DNA of 63,845 nucleotides, counting the filler, from Hyphochytrium catenoides (taxonomy: Eukaryota; Protista; Hyphochytriomycota): NCBI GenBank assembly GCA_900088475.1. It is 8 parts of 8 records of this genome, joined end to end, with 100 filler letters (N's around TTAATTAATTAA, not from the genome) between each part and the next. Parts side by side here need not be neighbours in the genome. Positions count along the whole stretch, not along the records: positions 10,660 to 27,219 come from FLMG01001314.1; positions 27,320 to 33,322 come from FLMG01000450.1; positions 33,423 to 44,536 come from FLMG01002949.1; 5 more parts are not named here. One strand, given 5' to 3'. The notes below the pieces were generated by a model that saw only the letters and a list, made by a program, of their open reading frames with translations, was not told where the DNA came from and searched no databases. Made by a program: the position numbers and the translations under genes. Shown here in pieces: positions 25,101 to 37,670 of the stretch (positions are counted from its first letter, which is position 1; each line of letters starts with the position of its first letter).

Positions 25101-26192
25101 GATTTGTACCGCATGCGGTACGGATTCTGGCTGATTGAAAGATGCCAAACAGTTCTGAACAGGCAACGACGACGACCCACGGGGCCCGCCCCTACAATAA
25201 GGAAGAGAGAGACAGAGCTCAAGAACCCCTCACCCCATCAGAAGATGCTCACCACGGTGACAAAAAAATAAAGGATCGCCAGGCCATACTGCTTGGTAAG
25301 GAGACTAGTCACTGGAGACTGCGAACCCTTAGGGCAGGGCTACTATCGGAAGTGAAAACAGAACCACGTCTAGACAGCAGCAGATCGGCATGCATTACTC
25401 TTGCAGGGCCTCGATTGCGGGGTTGCAACACGGCCTTGATTGAGTTCGCAGCGACAGAAAGAAGCGTGGGACCGGCCGAACTTAGGGTGCAGAGCCTCAT
25501 GACACGGCAGCAGAGGGAGTAGACGGAGAGGTGCTTGTTGACAAGAGCTCAGGAGGTAGATAGCAGCCGGAGCAGGTACGAGATTACCAAGAAGAGTCTT
25601 GTAGCCCCGTCACTCTCACAATCACAGACACATATCTTCTAAAGAGCAGCAGCAGAGACGACAAGACCACGGAGCATCCATCAACTAAAGTGAATGCGCG
25701 GAGGTCAGAAGTGCCACCTCACTAGCTGCTAACAGCAGCAGCAGAAGACGGAAGTACAAACCACGAAAGCAAAAAAGACCAAAAGTGACAAGGAGAAGAG
25801 CAATACAACAGGCCGCTAGTGGCGCAGCAAGCAGCAACAGAGGCTGGCTAGCAGCGAGCAGCGATAGGAGGAGAGACGTGCCAGCTCATTGCGGACATTT
25901 TCAGAGCCAATACCTACCATACCATTGATTTATAAAGAGGTCCGTTTTCCCGGAAGCCGCAGCAACAAGAAGGGGATGTAACAAAGGGCACGCACTCCGC
26001 AACCCAGCATCCATCCCCGAGCAATTTCCAGAGACCAACATGCATCAGTAGGAGGCTCAATGACAACGAGAAAGGAGAGAGATTCAGAGAGAGATACGGC
26101 ACGTCTGCTTTTCTGACTAACCATAAAGAGCCTAGTCTAGCCGATGATGGCCCTAGCGATGATCACTGCCTCCGCTACTGGATAGGGCCTAG

Positions 26193-26591
26193 TGATGATG
26201 TTCTCTTATTGCAAATAAGATCATTATCACTTGACAATATCTCCTCTCTCTCTCAGTTTGTCGCTTTTGAACGTTGTTGATTTATTGTTAAATTGATGTT
26301 CAAACAACATAATAACTCCAACCCAGTGTGTAATTTCTTTTGGCGCTAATCCACATCGTTGCGCCTTTTCAGTTTTCAATAAGTTCGGAAGCTTCCAAGG
26401 GAAAAAGAAAGACAAAAGCGGTGGGAGGGCGGGAGTCGTCACTGAGAGAGGGAAAAAGACAAACTGAGAGAGAGGGGAGATTTCCCTCTCTCAGACAATC
26501 ATCCAAACTATCAAATACCAGATTTGATACGATTGAATGACGGATATTGTCAAGTGATAATGATTTTATTTGCAATTAGAGGACATTATCA
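26193..26591. mobile_element. MITE / fold-back element with long terminal inverted repeats
   Basis: 26193-26241 (tgatgatgttctcttattgcaaataagatcattatcacttgacaatatc) is the near-perfect reverse complement of 26543-26591. An inner pair at 26239-26263 / 26458-26481 extends the arms. No coding capacity; TSD not clear. Confidence 0.75.
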
Positions 26592-27693
26592 TGAAGACAA
26601 TGTCTGCTTTCCTCTGCGCCTCGGCTTGACAGCTTCAACTCCGCCCTCGCCCACCTAGACAAGAGGGCGAAGAGGTGGTGTTAGTAATTGAATAACATCG
26701 TTGTTGCTAGCGATGCTGAAGGGAGGTTGCAGGTTCAGCAGCAAGAAGAAGTGTAAGAAGGAAAAGGAAAGTGAGTGATAAAGTGCAACTAAAAAGTGGT
26801 GGAAGATGAGACGATGATGATGATGGTGATCATAGATGAAGAAGAGCTGCTCGTATGACCAAGCGGTTGTTGGTCAAAATAACAATACTCTTTGGCGGCA
26901 GCATCGCTATCGCAGGTCCAGCCTCGGTGGTTGACTTTGTGGAACCGTGGCGATGACGTCCAGTGTGAATTTCAAGCTTGGTTGGTCCAACAAATGATGT
27001 TGCTACCAAGATGGCTCTCCTTTCCTTTTTGTTGTTGCTGTCCTGATCTTCGGTAGCTGCTACTTGTCCTTATAATCCTGCTGATGAGAAGGGGTCTCCC
27101 TTCTTCGACCTTTGTGTTGTTGGGTTGATCTTTCTGTCTGATGGTGGTCCGTCGGCAATAAGACTCGTGATGAGGCTGGGGTCATGACTAATGTGTCTCA
27201 GCCGTCGCTCGTGATTAGTNNNNNNNNNNNNNNNNNNNNNNNNNNNNNNNNNNNNNNNNNNNNTTAATTAATTAANNNNNNNNNNNNNNNNNNNNNNNNN
27301 NNNNNNNNNNNNNNNNNNNAGAGAGAGAGAGAAAAGAGATGGAAGAGAGAGAGAGATGGAAGAGAGAGAGAGAGAGAACTGAAAGAAAGAGAGGGAAGGG
27401 TGGGAGAAGGATAGAGTAAGAGAGAAGAAGGCTGAGGAAGTTTTAGTCCAATGAAGAAGAAAGAGGATTCTCTGTCATTAAACTGTCTTTACCCTACATA
27501 AAAGTGCACCAGCTGTTGAGCGATCTATGAGTTTGCCTCTTCAGTCCCGACAACCGGGAGAGACAGCCGCGGAGAAGGAGAGGAAAAGCAGAAGAGTGAG
27601 AGAAGAGAGGAAGCTCAGAACCCCTACCGCATATGAGAAATGACGGGAAAAGAGGAGAGGAGAGAGAGAGAGAGAGAGGGAGAGAGAGAGAGG

Positions 27694-27733
<40 letters not shown>

Positions 27734-29422
27734 GAGACAGACAGACAGACAGAGACAGACAGAGGGAGAGAGAGACACACAAACAAAAGAGAGAGAGACT
27801 GTGTCGGTTGACGATAGTGAAAGACGACAAGGTTGGGAGAGAAAGGGCATAGCTAGCTGTCTCGTAGAAGCCATGCCGCCCCACATCCTCACACACCCCA
27901 TACGTTGTCCACTCGAGAACTAATCATGTCTCCCTCTCTCTTTTCTTCCCTCCCTCTGTCTCTTTCTTCTCTCTCTCTCTCTTCTCTCCGTGTCCACTCT
28001 TCCTCCTCCCCCGTTCTTTCTGTTAAGTCCTACTCGACTCCTTCCGGCTCAAACGGCACACCAAGCAAGGGGCCTCAGCTCCCTCTGCTGCTCTAGCCAT
28101 ACAAAGCCCCGTCAACAAGAAGGAGGCTTGACCACTAGGAGAAGAGGAGCAGGACTCTGTTTTGCGCCGGTCCCAGCTGCCTTGGCCAAGGTGTTTATCC
28201 TGTCCCGTTTACATGGTTGAGCCCTGTTGTCCAGCCAAGAGAAGAGAGAGAGACACACACACACACACTCAGCGCACATTAGAGAAAGATCCAACAATCC
28301 CTTTGTCGCTTCATTCAAGGAAGAGACTGGAACAATCTGACAGGTGAGAGCTAACCCCAGCCCGTCAGCAGAAATCGAACAGCATCTTTCGAGAGCCGCT
28401 CTCTCTCGCGCGCGCGCTCTCGCACGCTCGGTGACCAGACGGAAGACAATGTTCCAAGGGCGCTAACCACCAGCTATGCCCCAGACCCCTACAGCCGAGA
28501 GAGAGAGAGAGCAAGCACAAACCAGCAATGGACAAGCCAGCGCCAGAGATCAGACAGAGAAGCCCCAAAGCTTCCTCTGCCGCTGCGATGTTCGGTCTCT
28601 TTCTCTTCCCAATGAAGACGAAGATTTTGAAGCTTTTCATTGGAGCTTTTGAGGGCGCAGCAAAGAGCGTGCCCGAAAATTAGCTTACGAAAATTAGATT
28701 CAATATGTACCCTGAGAGCCGATTATAGAATAAGGCGAGAAACCGCCTTCCGAAACTGAAGTCATTTTGAAGAAGGACTCCTCCGAATTGAAATACAAAG
28801 GTATTTTCGGACATGATTGATACGCTCTATATTATTTGACATCAGGGCGAAAATACCAAAATACAATATTTTCCGCAAATCAATGACGAATACACGAGTC
28901 TATCGGGCTCTACACTAAACCTGCAGCCATACCATCCACAAGCCACGGCCAGAAAGCGGTCTCACAGCCACGACAGCGGCGCTAGAGCGCGCAGACAGAA
29001 GACAGAAGGCTGAGAGTTGAAGCACAGAGCAGAGACCAGCTGACAGGCAGACGGCCAGGCAGCTGAGGAACATTGCGGGGCAAGGTAGCCCTGCACTGCG
29101 CTCTATCCTCCGCCTCAATCATTGTTTGTGGCAGGAGCTTGTTTTGCTGCCCAGTCTGGATAGGGCCAAGCGGCAGAAGAACGCCTAGTCTGGTCTCTCT
29201 CCTCAAAGGCACCCAGCGACTGCTCATTGTTGAAAGATCCCTGGACCAGGCCGTGTTAAGCGCTTGTTAAGAAGCTTTCCAAAAGCGTTGTCATTGTCAG
29301 AGAGAAAACGGCAAGCAGCCCTTGCTGCTTAGGTACTTCCCTAGCGTTAGCACCTAGCTTTTGATCGCGTGGGCAAGAAGACGCCCTTCGCTGCTGAAGC
29401 TCAATAAGTCAGGGATAGAAAC

Positions 29423-30136
29423 ATGCAAAAGTCGCCGCAGGATACGGAGGATAGAAGACGAGGATCTTCTCGGCCAGCGCCGCCGTTTGAGATCCCTCGG
29501 GAGCTCAAAGATGTGATGAATCAAGCGTGGGACACTCTGGGCAGAGGCGCGCGGGAGGGCCATGCTAGCCCTGGCCAGGACGAGGACGACAGCGAGCTTT
29601 TAAGTGCCAGACGGCGAAGTCTTGAGGCTCAGCCGTGGGTCTCATCGCTCAGATCCGTGGATGATTTCGTTCTAAAGGCCAAGTTCACGCTCCCGCAGCC
29701 TCCTCTGGAGCGCATTCTCAATAGAATCAAGCAGAATCTGCACTACTTTGAGGCGAACTACCTGCTGCTGGCGGCGCTCTGTCTCGCATTGCTCGTGCTT
29801 CTCCGTCCGATGATAGTGGTGGGACTGGCGCTCATCGCCGCAGCGCATTACGGCATTGAGCACGCCAGGAAAGAGCGCGATGCACCTCGGATTGTGAGAG
29901 AGAATCCAAAGATTGTGAAGATGTTGCTGAGCAGTGCCATTGCGTCTTTGACGGGCTTAGGCGGGTCCATACTCTGGTGCTTGCTCCTCTGGCTCATCTT
30001 GGTCCTAGGACACGCCTCGATGACCACGCGGAACCTCAGCAACAAGCTCAGTAATGCCCAGAAGACGGCGACGGGGCGCCAGTCAGTGGTGTCAGAGGCG
30101 ATAGACAGTCTATTCTTCTACGTGGAAAGGAAGTAG
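29423..30136 (+). CDS. PRA1: PRA1 family (prenylated Rab acceptor) membrane protein, intronless, 237 aa
   Basis: LRSVDDF..KAKFTLP....RILNRIKQNLHYFEANYLL, two long hydrophobic hairpins, and LILVLGHASMTTRNLSNKL, all typical of PRA1/ARL6IP5. Confidence 0.9.
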   Translation: MQKSPQDTEDRRRGSSRPAPPFEIPRELKDVMNQAWDTLGRGAREGHASPGQDEDDSELLSARRRSLEAQPWVSSLRSVDDFVLKAKFTLPQPPLERILNRIKQNLHYFEANYLLLAALCLALLVLLRPMIVVGLALIAAAHYGIEHARKERDAPRIVRENPKIVKMLLSSAIASLTGLGGSILWCLLLWLILVLGHASMTTRNLSNKLSNAQKTATGRQSVVSEAIDSLFFYVERK

Positions 30137-30601
30137 TGACGCGTCAGGAGAGAGAGAGGAAGAGAAGGGCGGAGAAGAAAGGAAAAGCCATGGCTTACCG
30201 AGCATAAAAAGCGCTCTCAACTGCGTAACAACCAGACGCCTTGTCTCAGTTTCTCCTTTCTCTATCTCTCCCTCTCTCTTATGCTCTCTCTCTCTTTTCT
30301 CTCCATTTCTCTCCCCCTCTCTACCTCTCCTTCTCTCTCTCTCTCTGTCTATCTATCTAAGAAGGATCTATCTATCTATGGCTCTCTGGCTTGCTTTGAG
30401 TCGGTGTAAAGGAAAAAATTTGTTTCATGGAGAGCGGTAGAGCCACTCTCTTTCGTCTGTCGTCCTCTTCTGCCTCTCGCTGCTGCCCGCCGGTCTCTAT
30501 TCCTCATCTCTCTCGCTCGCTCTCTCTCTCTCTCTCNNNNNNNNNNNNNNNNNNNNNNNNNNNNNNNNNNNNNNNNNNNNNNNNNNNNNNNNNNNNNNNN
30601 N

Positions 30602-30638
<37 letters not shown>

Positions 30639-31599
30639 ACTCTACACTGAACTGTCGAATGTCTCCTTGTCACATTAACCCTTCTTTCTGGCCAGAGATA
30701 GCTAAGGTTGCGGAAGTCTTAGACTACGTTGCAAGAGTGAGAGAATGGCGCCGAGATGAGTGGGATGGACTGTAGACAGAGAGAGAGTCCAGAGAGAGAG
30801 AGAGAAAAAGAAAGAAAGGCAATCTCCTCTGGTCTAAGCTCCATTAGCCAGCGCTTAGTCATGCTTCTTCTCAGCTCTAAGACCAGTTTCTCGGGCGGCA
30901 ACTAGTCTTTCTCTCTCTCTTTCTGTCCGTCACTGAGCAGAAAATTTGTAGGCCCTCTTTCTTGCAGGATTGAGGGATAAGGCCTACGCCTTTCTCTCTC
31001 ACTCACTATCTCTCTCTCTCTGCGGTGAAGACAACAATTTTCCTCTTGGTAGCCTGATGCTCGTTTTCTGCCATAGGCGTTGGGAAATGGCAGAGTATGG
31101 CGAGAGGAACAGGGAGCGATTGTGTGTGTGTGAGAGAGAGAGAGAGAGAGGATCGTCAAGAGTAGGACTCAGTCCCGTGATCACAGGTCCGAGGCTAAGT
31201 CAACCGCGACAGAGAGAAGTCAAGACCACCATCCCGAGCGGGGGAAGTGATAGACCAAGGATATCTGGGCGCGCTGTAAGAGGAAAGCTGTCAAAGAGAA
31301 AGAGGCAAACAGAGAAAGAGAGGGTATAAAAAGTGAGAGAGGAGGAGAGAGAGAGATAGAGAGAAAGAGAGAGAAGAAAATTGGTTGAAGAAAGGGCAGA
31401 TTTTTGTCATAGTTACTCCCAGGTATGACCTTTCGGCCATGAATATTTCACGATAGACTTCCTGGGAAACTTGCATTAATCTCCTTATAGACTAGCTACT
31501 CATATATATTTCGTTAGCTGAAAGATATAAATGAAGAGAAGGTGCTTCTGTCCTTCTTTCCAGAAGAACTATAAGAAAGGCAGGAGAGAGAGAGGAAGA

Positions 31600-31664
<65 letters not shown>

Positions 31665-32024
31665 GAGAGAGATTGAGAGAAAGAGACTGACAAGGAGAGA
31701 GACGAAGAGAGAAAGAGGACTGAGGGGAGGGAAGGAGAGAGAGCGAAGTGAGGAAAAAATGAGAGAGCACGGAGGAAGAGAAAGAGAAAGTGGGACGGGA
31801 CTCCAAGGAAGACAAGGCTGGTCTGCAGCCGAGCGGTAGTGTCCGAGGACAAGCAGAGCGCTCGGAACAGAAGAGAGAGAGAAAGACGGAAAGACTTTTA
31901 ACCTTACACGACGCAGTGCTGGTTCTCTTCTTCCATTCTAGAGTCTTGCGGCACGAGTCAAGCTCCACTCTCGACAGCCGACACATCAGAAGGAGGGCAA
32001 GGTGGCAAGGGCACACGCAGAGCG

Positions 32025-32072
<48 letters not shown>

Positions 32073-32263
32073 ATCAACATCATCAAAGCGAGCGACAGAG
32101 AGAAATAGAGACAGAGAGAGAGGAAAACATAGGAAAAGTAAAGGGATCAGAGAGTGAGTGAGAGAGAAAGAGAGAGTGAGAGAGAGAGAGAGAGTGAGAA
32201 GAGAAAGCACCAAGAAAGAAAAAAATAAAGAGAGAGAGAGAGAGAGACACTTTTCCATCAACA

Positions 32264-33116
32264 ATGGGGAAGCAGTCACGACGGCGGGCGTGTCCGCAGC
32301 CTGAGAAGGTCAATAAGTCAGAGTCTCTCCCTCAACTTCTCGACGTGGACGGGCGGTCCGATGGCCTGTACAGCGGAGCCTTTAGATGGAGCGAAGGGAA
32401 GACGTTTCCTTCTCTCTCTTCTCTTCTCAAGCCCTCTCTCTCTCCTCCAGCCCTGGACTTAGACAGTGGCTGGGAGCAGCTCCTGAGAGCCTCGAGAGAG
32501 AGAGAGATGCTGCGCCTGGCAAAGAAAGATCCTGCTCTTTTGGACGCTCTCTCCTTTCCTGCCACCCTCGTCGCAGCGACTCGCTCCCTGAAGCTGTTGG
32601 AGAGAGAGAGAAAGGGTAAGTTCCTGTCGTCCTCTCTCTTCTTTCTTGCTCTTTCTTTGATCGCTGTCTCTACCTCCGTGCTCTCAATCTTTCTCTCTCT
32701 CTCTCGTTATGTGCGTCTCCTCTATCTCTCCCGCTTCTCATCTTGGTGCATTTTTATCTGTCTCTACCTCCCTGCTCTCAATCTCTCTCTTCTTTCTTGA
32801 TGTGTGTCTGTCTGTCTCTCTCTCTCTCTCCCTCTCATTTCTCATCTTGGTACTTATTTTAACTTCACCTCTGTCTGTCTTTCTCGGTTTCTCTCTCGCA
32901 CTAACACCACCACTTATTGTCATTTGCTCCTACCTTTCGCTTATCTTTTCTCCTTCTCTCTTTCTCTCTCTCTCTCTCTCTTTCTTTCTCTTCTCTCCAT
33001 TCACCGTCTCGGCTGGGCAGATGTGCACATCGTCGTGTTGGGCTCAAGCGTTAAGTGCGAGGAGAGAATCTTACGCGCGACAGACTATTGGGAACAATTG
33101 CCTTACTATCTACCAG
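32264..33116 (+). CDS. MSS51-like protein (C-terminal-domain-like), partial; exons ~32264-32615 and 33021-33116, truncated by the scaffold end
   Basis: LLDALSFPATLVAATRSLKLLERERK|DVHIVVLGSSVKCEERILRATDYWEQLPYYLP (phase-1 splice) resembles MSS51 'ls.PlT...al....ih++Ga...E.....w.el..l.P'. Confidence 0.5.
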
Positions 33117-33907
33117 GTCTGTGCTTCACTCTCTCGGACTGCCCGCTCTCGGACCGTATTCCTCTCTCTTATCTCACTCTCTCTCCCACTATCCTCTCTC
33201 TTTCACAAGTACTCTCTCTCCCACTCACGACGTCTCTTCTTATTCTGTCTGTCTCTCTCTGTCTATACTCAGTTTCCCTTGCATCCTCTTGCTGTTCTTC
33301 CTCTCTTACTTCCTCTACCACTNNNNNNNNNNNNNNNNNNNNNNNNNNNNNNNNNNNNNNNNNNNNTTAATTAATTAANNNNNNNNNNNNNNNNNNNNNN
33401 NNNNNNNNNNNNNNNNNNNNNNGAGAGAGAGAGAGAACGAGGATAGAAAGAGAGGGAGAAAGTGAAGAGGTGAGAAAGAGAGCGAGGAGTGAAGGGGAGG
33501 GGGAAAGAGAGAGAGGAAAATAAAGGGAGGGGAGAGCTAGGAAGAGACGGAAGCATGGTGAGGAAGAGAAAGAGAGGGGCAGCAGATAACAGGATGAACA
33601 GAGTTATGTCGGCTACTGGCGAGAGAAAATAAGAAAGAGGGAAGAAAGAGTGCAAGGGCTATCATAAAGACTCGGAGATTTCAGAATGCGGGAGAAGAAG
33701 AGAACGGCTTTAGAGAGAGAGAGACACTTCCACCAGAGAGAATCTATGGACGACCATGAAGTTCAAACAGACAAAGAAAGTGGAGCGAGAGAGACAACAA
33801 GGAAAAGTGTGGAGAGAGAGAGAGAGCTGAATAGCCCATCAATAAGTTATGGGAAAGCCAAGCCCAAAAGGAGAGAATTAGCTGGTGCAGGAGAGAGAGA
33901 GACTCAC

Positions 33908-34620
33908 TTCAGTATGTCTTTCTTCTTGACGAACCAGCTGTCCAGCTCTCCCTTGGCCATCGCGTGCTGAGAGTAGTAAAGAATATACAGGCGAAGAGTT
34001 ATGCTGTACGCGAAACCTGAGGTGAATCGAGAGACAGAGAATGTGAGAGTAGATAAGACAGGGAGAGAACCAGGCAAAGAGAAAGAGGGAGATTGTTTTC
34101 GAAGTATATTCTGGATGTTTGGAATAGGGAGAGAGAGAGAGAGAGAGAGAGAGAAGAGAGGGGAGAAGAGAGAGGGAGAAGGNNNNNNNNNNNNNNNNNN
34201 NNNNNNNNNNNNNNNGAGAGAGAGAGAGAGAGTGTAATAGACCGAAAGAGAAAATGATGGGTGGTGATGCGCGAGGGATAGTTAGCAGAAGAGGACCGAG
34301 TTCGGAGATAGATTTGGGTAAGGAAGGAGATAGCATGGAGAAGAAAAATGTACACAGAGCTTCAGAGGAGACAGAGAGGGAGAGAGTGCGTAAGGGGAAA
34401 AAAGAGAGAGAGTGGGAGTAAGTAATACCAGTATGCGGGAGGAAGGTGTAGTTACAGAGCAGGATGTGCAGCCAGCAGGGAATGGAAGGGAACAGGATCG
34501 GGTTTGTCAGCGCGAGGAAGGCGAAGATAGAAGAGAACGCCGTCGCGATGAATAAATGTATGGGCACCAGGCTCACTGGAAAGACGTTCCTTCAAAAGGA
34601 GGAGAGTGAGAGAGAGAGAG

Positions 34621-34665
<45 letters not shown>

Positions 34666-35346
34666 GGGAGGACCACGGGAGGCAGGACAACAGGAAGAGA
34701 GGTGTTAGCCAAAGATGATGAGTATTTCATAAGGCAACATAGGTTGAGGTGGAGAGGGAAATAGAGAGAGAGTTACGGTCGTCTCCCAAGAAAAGAGGTC
34801 GGTAATGCTGAGAGAGAGAGAACATCATTATGAGCTAGAAAGCGAGGGAGAAAGTGCTAGCGACCCGCTGTGGGAGGAGGCGGTCAGGGGCTGACAAAAC
34901 GGAAAGGACGCGGAACACTCTTCTGGGTGGCAGCTGAAGAGCTAGTGCTCCTCATCGCCGGAGGAAGAAGAAAGAGAAGAGAACTGGGAGAGATTTTTTA
35001 GAGGACCTAACCTAACCCTAACCCTAAATAAGAAACAAGAGAGACAAAAGAAAGGAAGACAAGAGGGAGAGCACAAAGGATGTAGATGCTTTTCGTACCT
35101 GAACCTATAGAGGCGGAAGCACAGATAGAGAGAGAGAGAAATGAGGACGATGAAGGCAAGGAGAGAGACATAGAACGCCCAGTCTCCTGAGGTATACACA
35201 GGGAAGTTGGAGACACAGGGGTTCGGCCAGAAAGAGGACGAGGTGCAGTCCATTCCCTCTGGAGGAGGAGGGACATAGGAAGTCGACACAGGGGGAGGAA
35301 AAGTGGGGGAAGAGGGAGAAGGGGCAGTTGTTTCTGCCTCTGTCAT
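33908..35346 (-). CDS. Multi-pass membrane protein, paralog A of the TM-RGS gene (exons 35346-35099, 34589-34429, 34016-33908; 3' part lost at the scaffold end)
   Basis: MTEAE...PPPPEGMDCTSSSFWPNPCVSNFPVYTSGDWAFY + TM1; exon 2 NVFPVSLVPIHLFIATAFSSIFAFLALTNPILFPSIPCWLHILLCNYTFLPHT; exon 3 GFAYSITLRLYILYYSQHAMAKGELDSWFVKKKDILK. Clearly homologous to 43084-37671, with the same intron positions. Confidence 0.8.
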
Positions 35347-36040
35347 GCCTCGAGAGAGAACTCTTTAGCTACTGGCTTCGATCGTGGAGCTATGGAGCTA
35401 CGATGCAGAGAGGACAGGAGCAGGGCGTCAGGGAGAGGGAGCAACACACAGCCGAAAGGGAGAGAGACAGCTGATAGAGTGTTGAGAAAGAAAGCCAATT
35501 GTTGGCTCGAAGATACTGCTTCTCTTGAGTCTCTCTTCGTCTCTCTTTGTCCGCTGCAAATTGTTTTCCTAGGTAAGAGCCGCTTCGGAGTGGCGGGAGC
35601 TAAGGAGAGCACCTTGGGACCAGCGGTGGCTGTCTCTTTGACGAGAGAATGTGAGAGACTGAAGACGTCCTTGGCCAGCTCCCTGTCATCATAAAAGCAG
35701 ACAGCGGGACCACGTCAGTTCTTTAATTATCTCTGCGGACCCTACAAAGCCCTAAGGCTAACGGGCCACAAAGATGGGATGGAGGACACGGGAGGAGGTT
35801 AGCCATCGAACGAAAGGGAGAGTTCGTCCAAAGGAAAGAGAGCTAAAGCGAGAGACAAGTCCTGCAGGAGTAGGGAAGGAAGAGGAGTGGGGAAGAGGAC
35901 GAGGAGAGAGGAGGAACGAGGAACACGAAGCCGGAAGAAGAGAGCGGGAGTCTTGGGTGGCAGCGAGGGTAATAGAACTACTCGTACAGGACGATAGAAG
36001 AAGGGAGGTGAAAGCAAGGGCACGGAAACTAAGAGGAGGG

Positions 36041-36072
<32 letters not shown>

Positions 36073-36144
36073 AGGGCTGGAGAGAGGAAGGAAGGAAAAA
36101 GAAAGAGAGAGAGCTTTCACTTATTTGAGGATGGGAGAGAGAGA

Positions 36145-36466
36145 CTAGTGCACTTGGTCCCATGCCGCTACGGATCCCGTCCGTTACAAAATTTTCTCTT
36201 CAACACCTGGAGGAACTGGACTCAAAACGTGCAAACTATTTGGTGAAGGATTTCATGGAAGTTTTCTTTTGTGTAGCGAAACCATTGGAAAAAACATGAG
36301 TTAGGTTTCAGGATTTGATCCTTTCTGGAAGGTTTCACCTCTTGGATGTTGGTTACTGGGCTCTGGGGTGGCCGATGGGACCCGTATTCCGAACAAGCTA
36401 AACCTTGTCATTCTCATTCGGCATATGTACCGTGATGAACGGAAAGCTCATCATCCTAGTTCTGGA
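36145..36466 (-). mobile_element. Possible non-autonomous Helitron-like insertion
   Basis: Microsatellite-free island. The minus strand ends CCGTAGCGGCATGG (weak hairpin), 11 nt, CTAG|T, resembling a Helitron 3' terminus. The 5' TC start is only tentative. Confidence 0.25.
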
Positions 36467-37019
36467 TAGGGCAGCTCTGGCGGACGGGGCACACGTGGAA
36501 ATGTGAAATAGAGAGAGAGAGATCTGGCAAGAGAGAGAGAGCGAGAGAGCGAGAGAGAGAGAGAGAGGAAGAGAGAGGAAGAGAGAGGGAGAGACAGAGG
36601 AGAGAGAGGAGTGATAGATAGAGAGCGGGTCATTAGAAGAGAAGAGACAGCAAAAGAGAGAAAAAAGAAGAGAAAGAGAGCAGAAAGAGAGCAGAGAGAG
36701 AGAGAAGAGGACGAAAGAGAGTGAAGAAAGTAGCGACGACAGACAGGCAGCAGGCAGAAAGAGGGTGTTAGGGAAGAGAGGGACAGAGGAGAAGAGCTTG
36801 AGACTGTTGGGAGAGAAAGATCGACTGGAGCAGGAGACGCAGCAAGAAGAGACACTTTACTTAGAGGAGCGATGTGAGAGGGAACGAGAAAAGAAACAGA
36901 GGGAAGAAGAGAGACTCAGGACGCGAGCGAAGAACAAAGATGCAAGATAGGAACCTGTTGATGAGGATGAGTCACTCTGCTTTCGCCTTTGTTCATATAT
37001 TACTAATTATCTGATGCTG

Positions 37020-37057
<38 letters not shown>

Positions 37058-37610
37058 GCTGTCTGGGACTTATCACCGCTCATTTCAAGAGAGGGAAGAC
37101 AGATGAACCCGCAGAGGCCAGGACAGAGAGGAGTAGTGTACACTTGGAGAGCCCGAGAGAGAGAGTGAAAAGAAAGAGAGACGGAAGTGAAGAAGAGGGA
37201 AAGGGAAGAAGAAGAAGAGGGGCAGAAGAGGACAAGGAGAGGAAGCAAGAGAGAAATATCGTGAGACCTCAGAAGAAGAGAAGAGAGCAAGGATGGTCCT
37301 TCTCTTCTCTTCTTTAAATCTCCTTATTTCTCCATCCTTCTTCTTCTTTCCCGTCTTTTCATCTGCCTCTCTTTCTTGGAAACGTGCAATACGATCTGGT
37401 AGATTATGTAGGAAAGAGGTTGTCTTTAAGCTCTATGAGGACTCCGCTCGCTCTCTTTTTCTCTCTCTCTCGTTTCCCTTGGGCTTTGGGTTTCTTCGTT
37501 GTCCTCTTTCTTCCTCTTTTTTTCTGTTTCCTCTTTGTTATGGTGGTGGCCCGCTGGTGGCATTCTGGGTTCTTTCCTGATCCTCTTCCCGTCTCGCTCT
37601 CTTCCCTCTT

Positions 37611-37643
<33 letters not shown>

Positions 37644-37670
37644 TGCTCTCTCTCTCTGTTTCCCCGCTCT

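Noticed and set aside
31410-31490. RhoGEF (DH) helix-like SQEVYREIFMAERSYL on the minus strand
   Set aside because: A single short segment; neighbouring candidate exons could not be joined into a DH domain.
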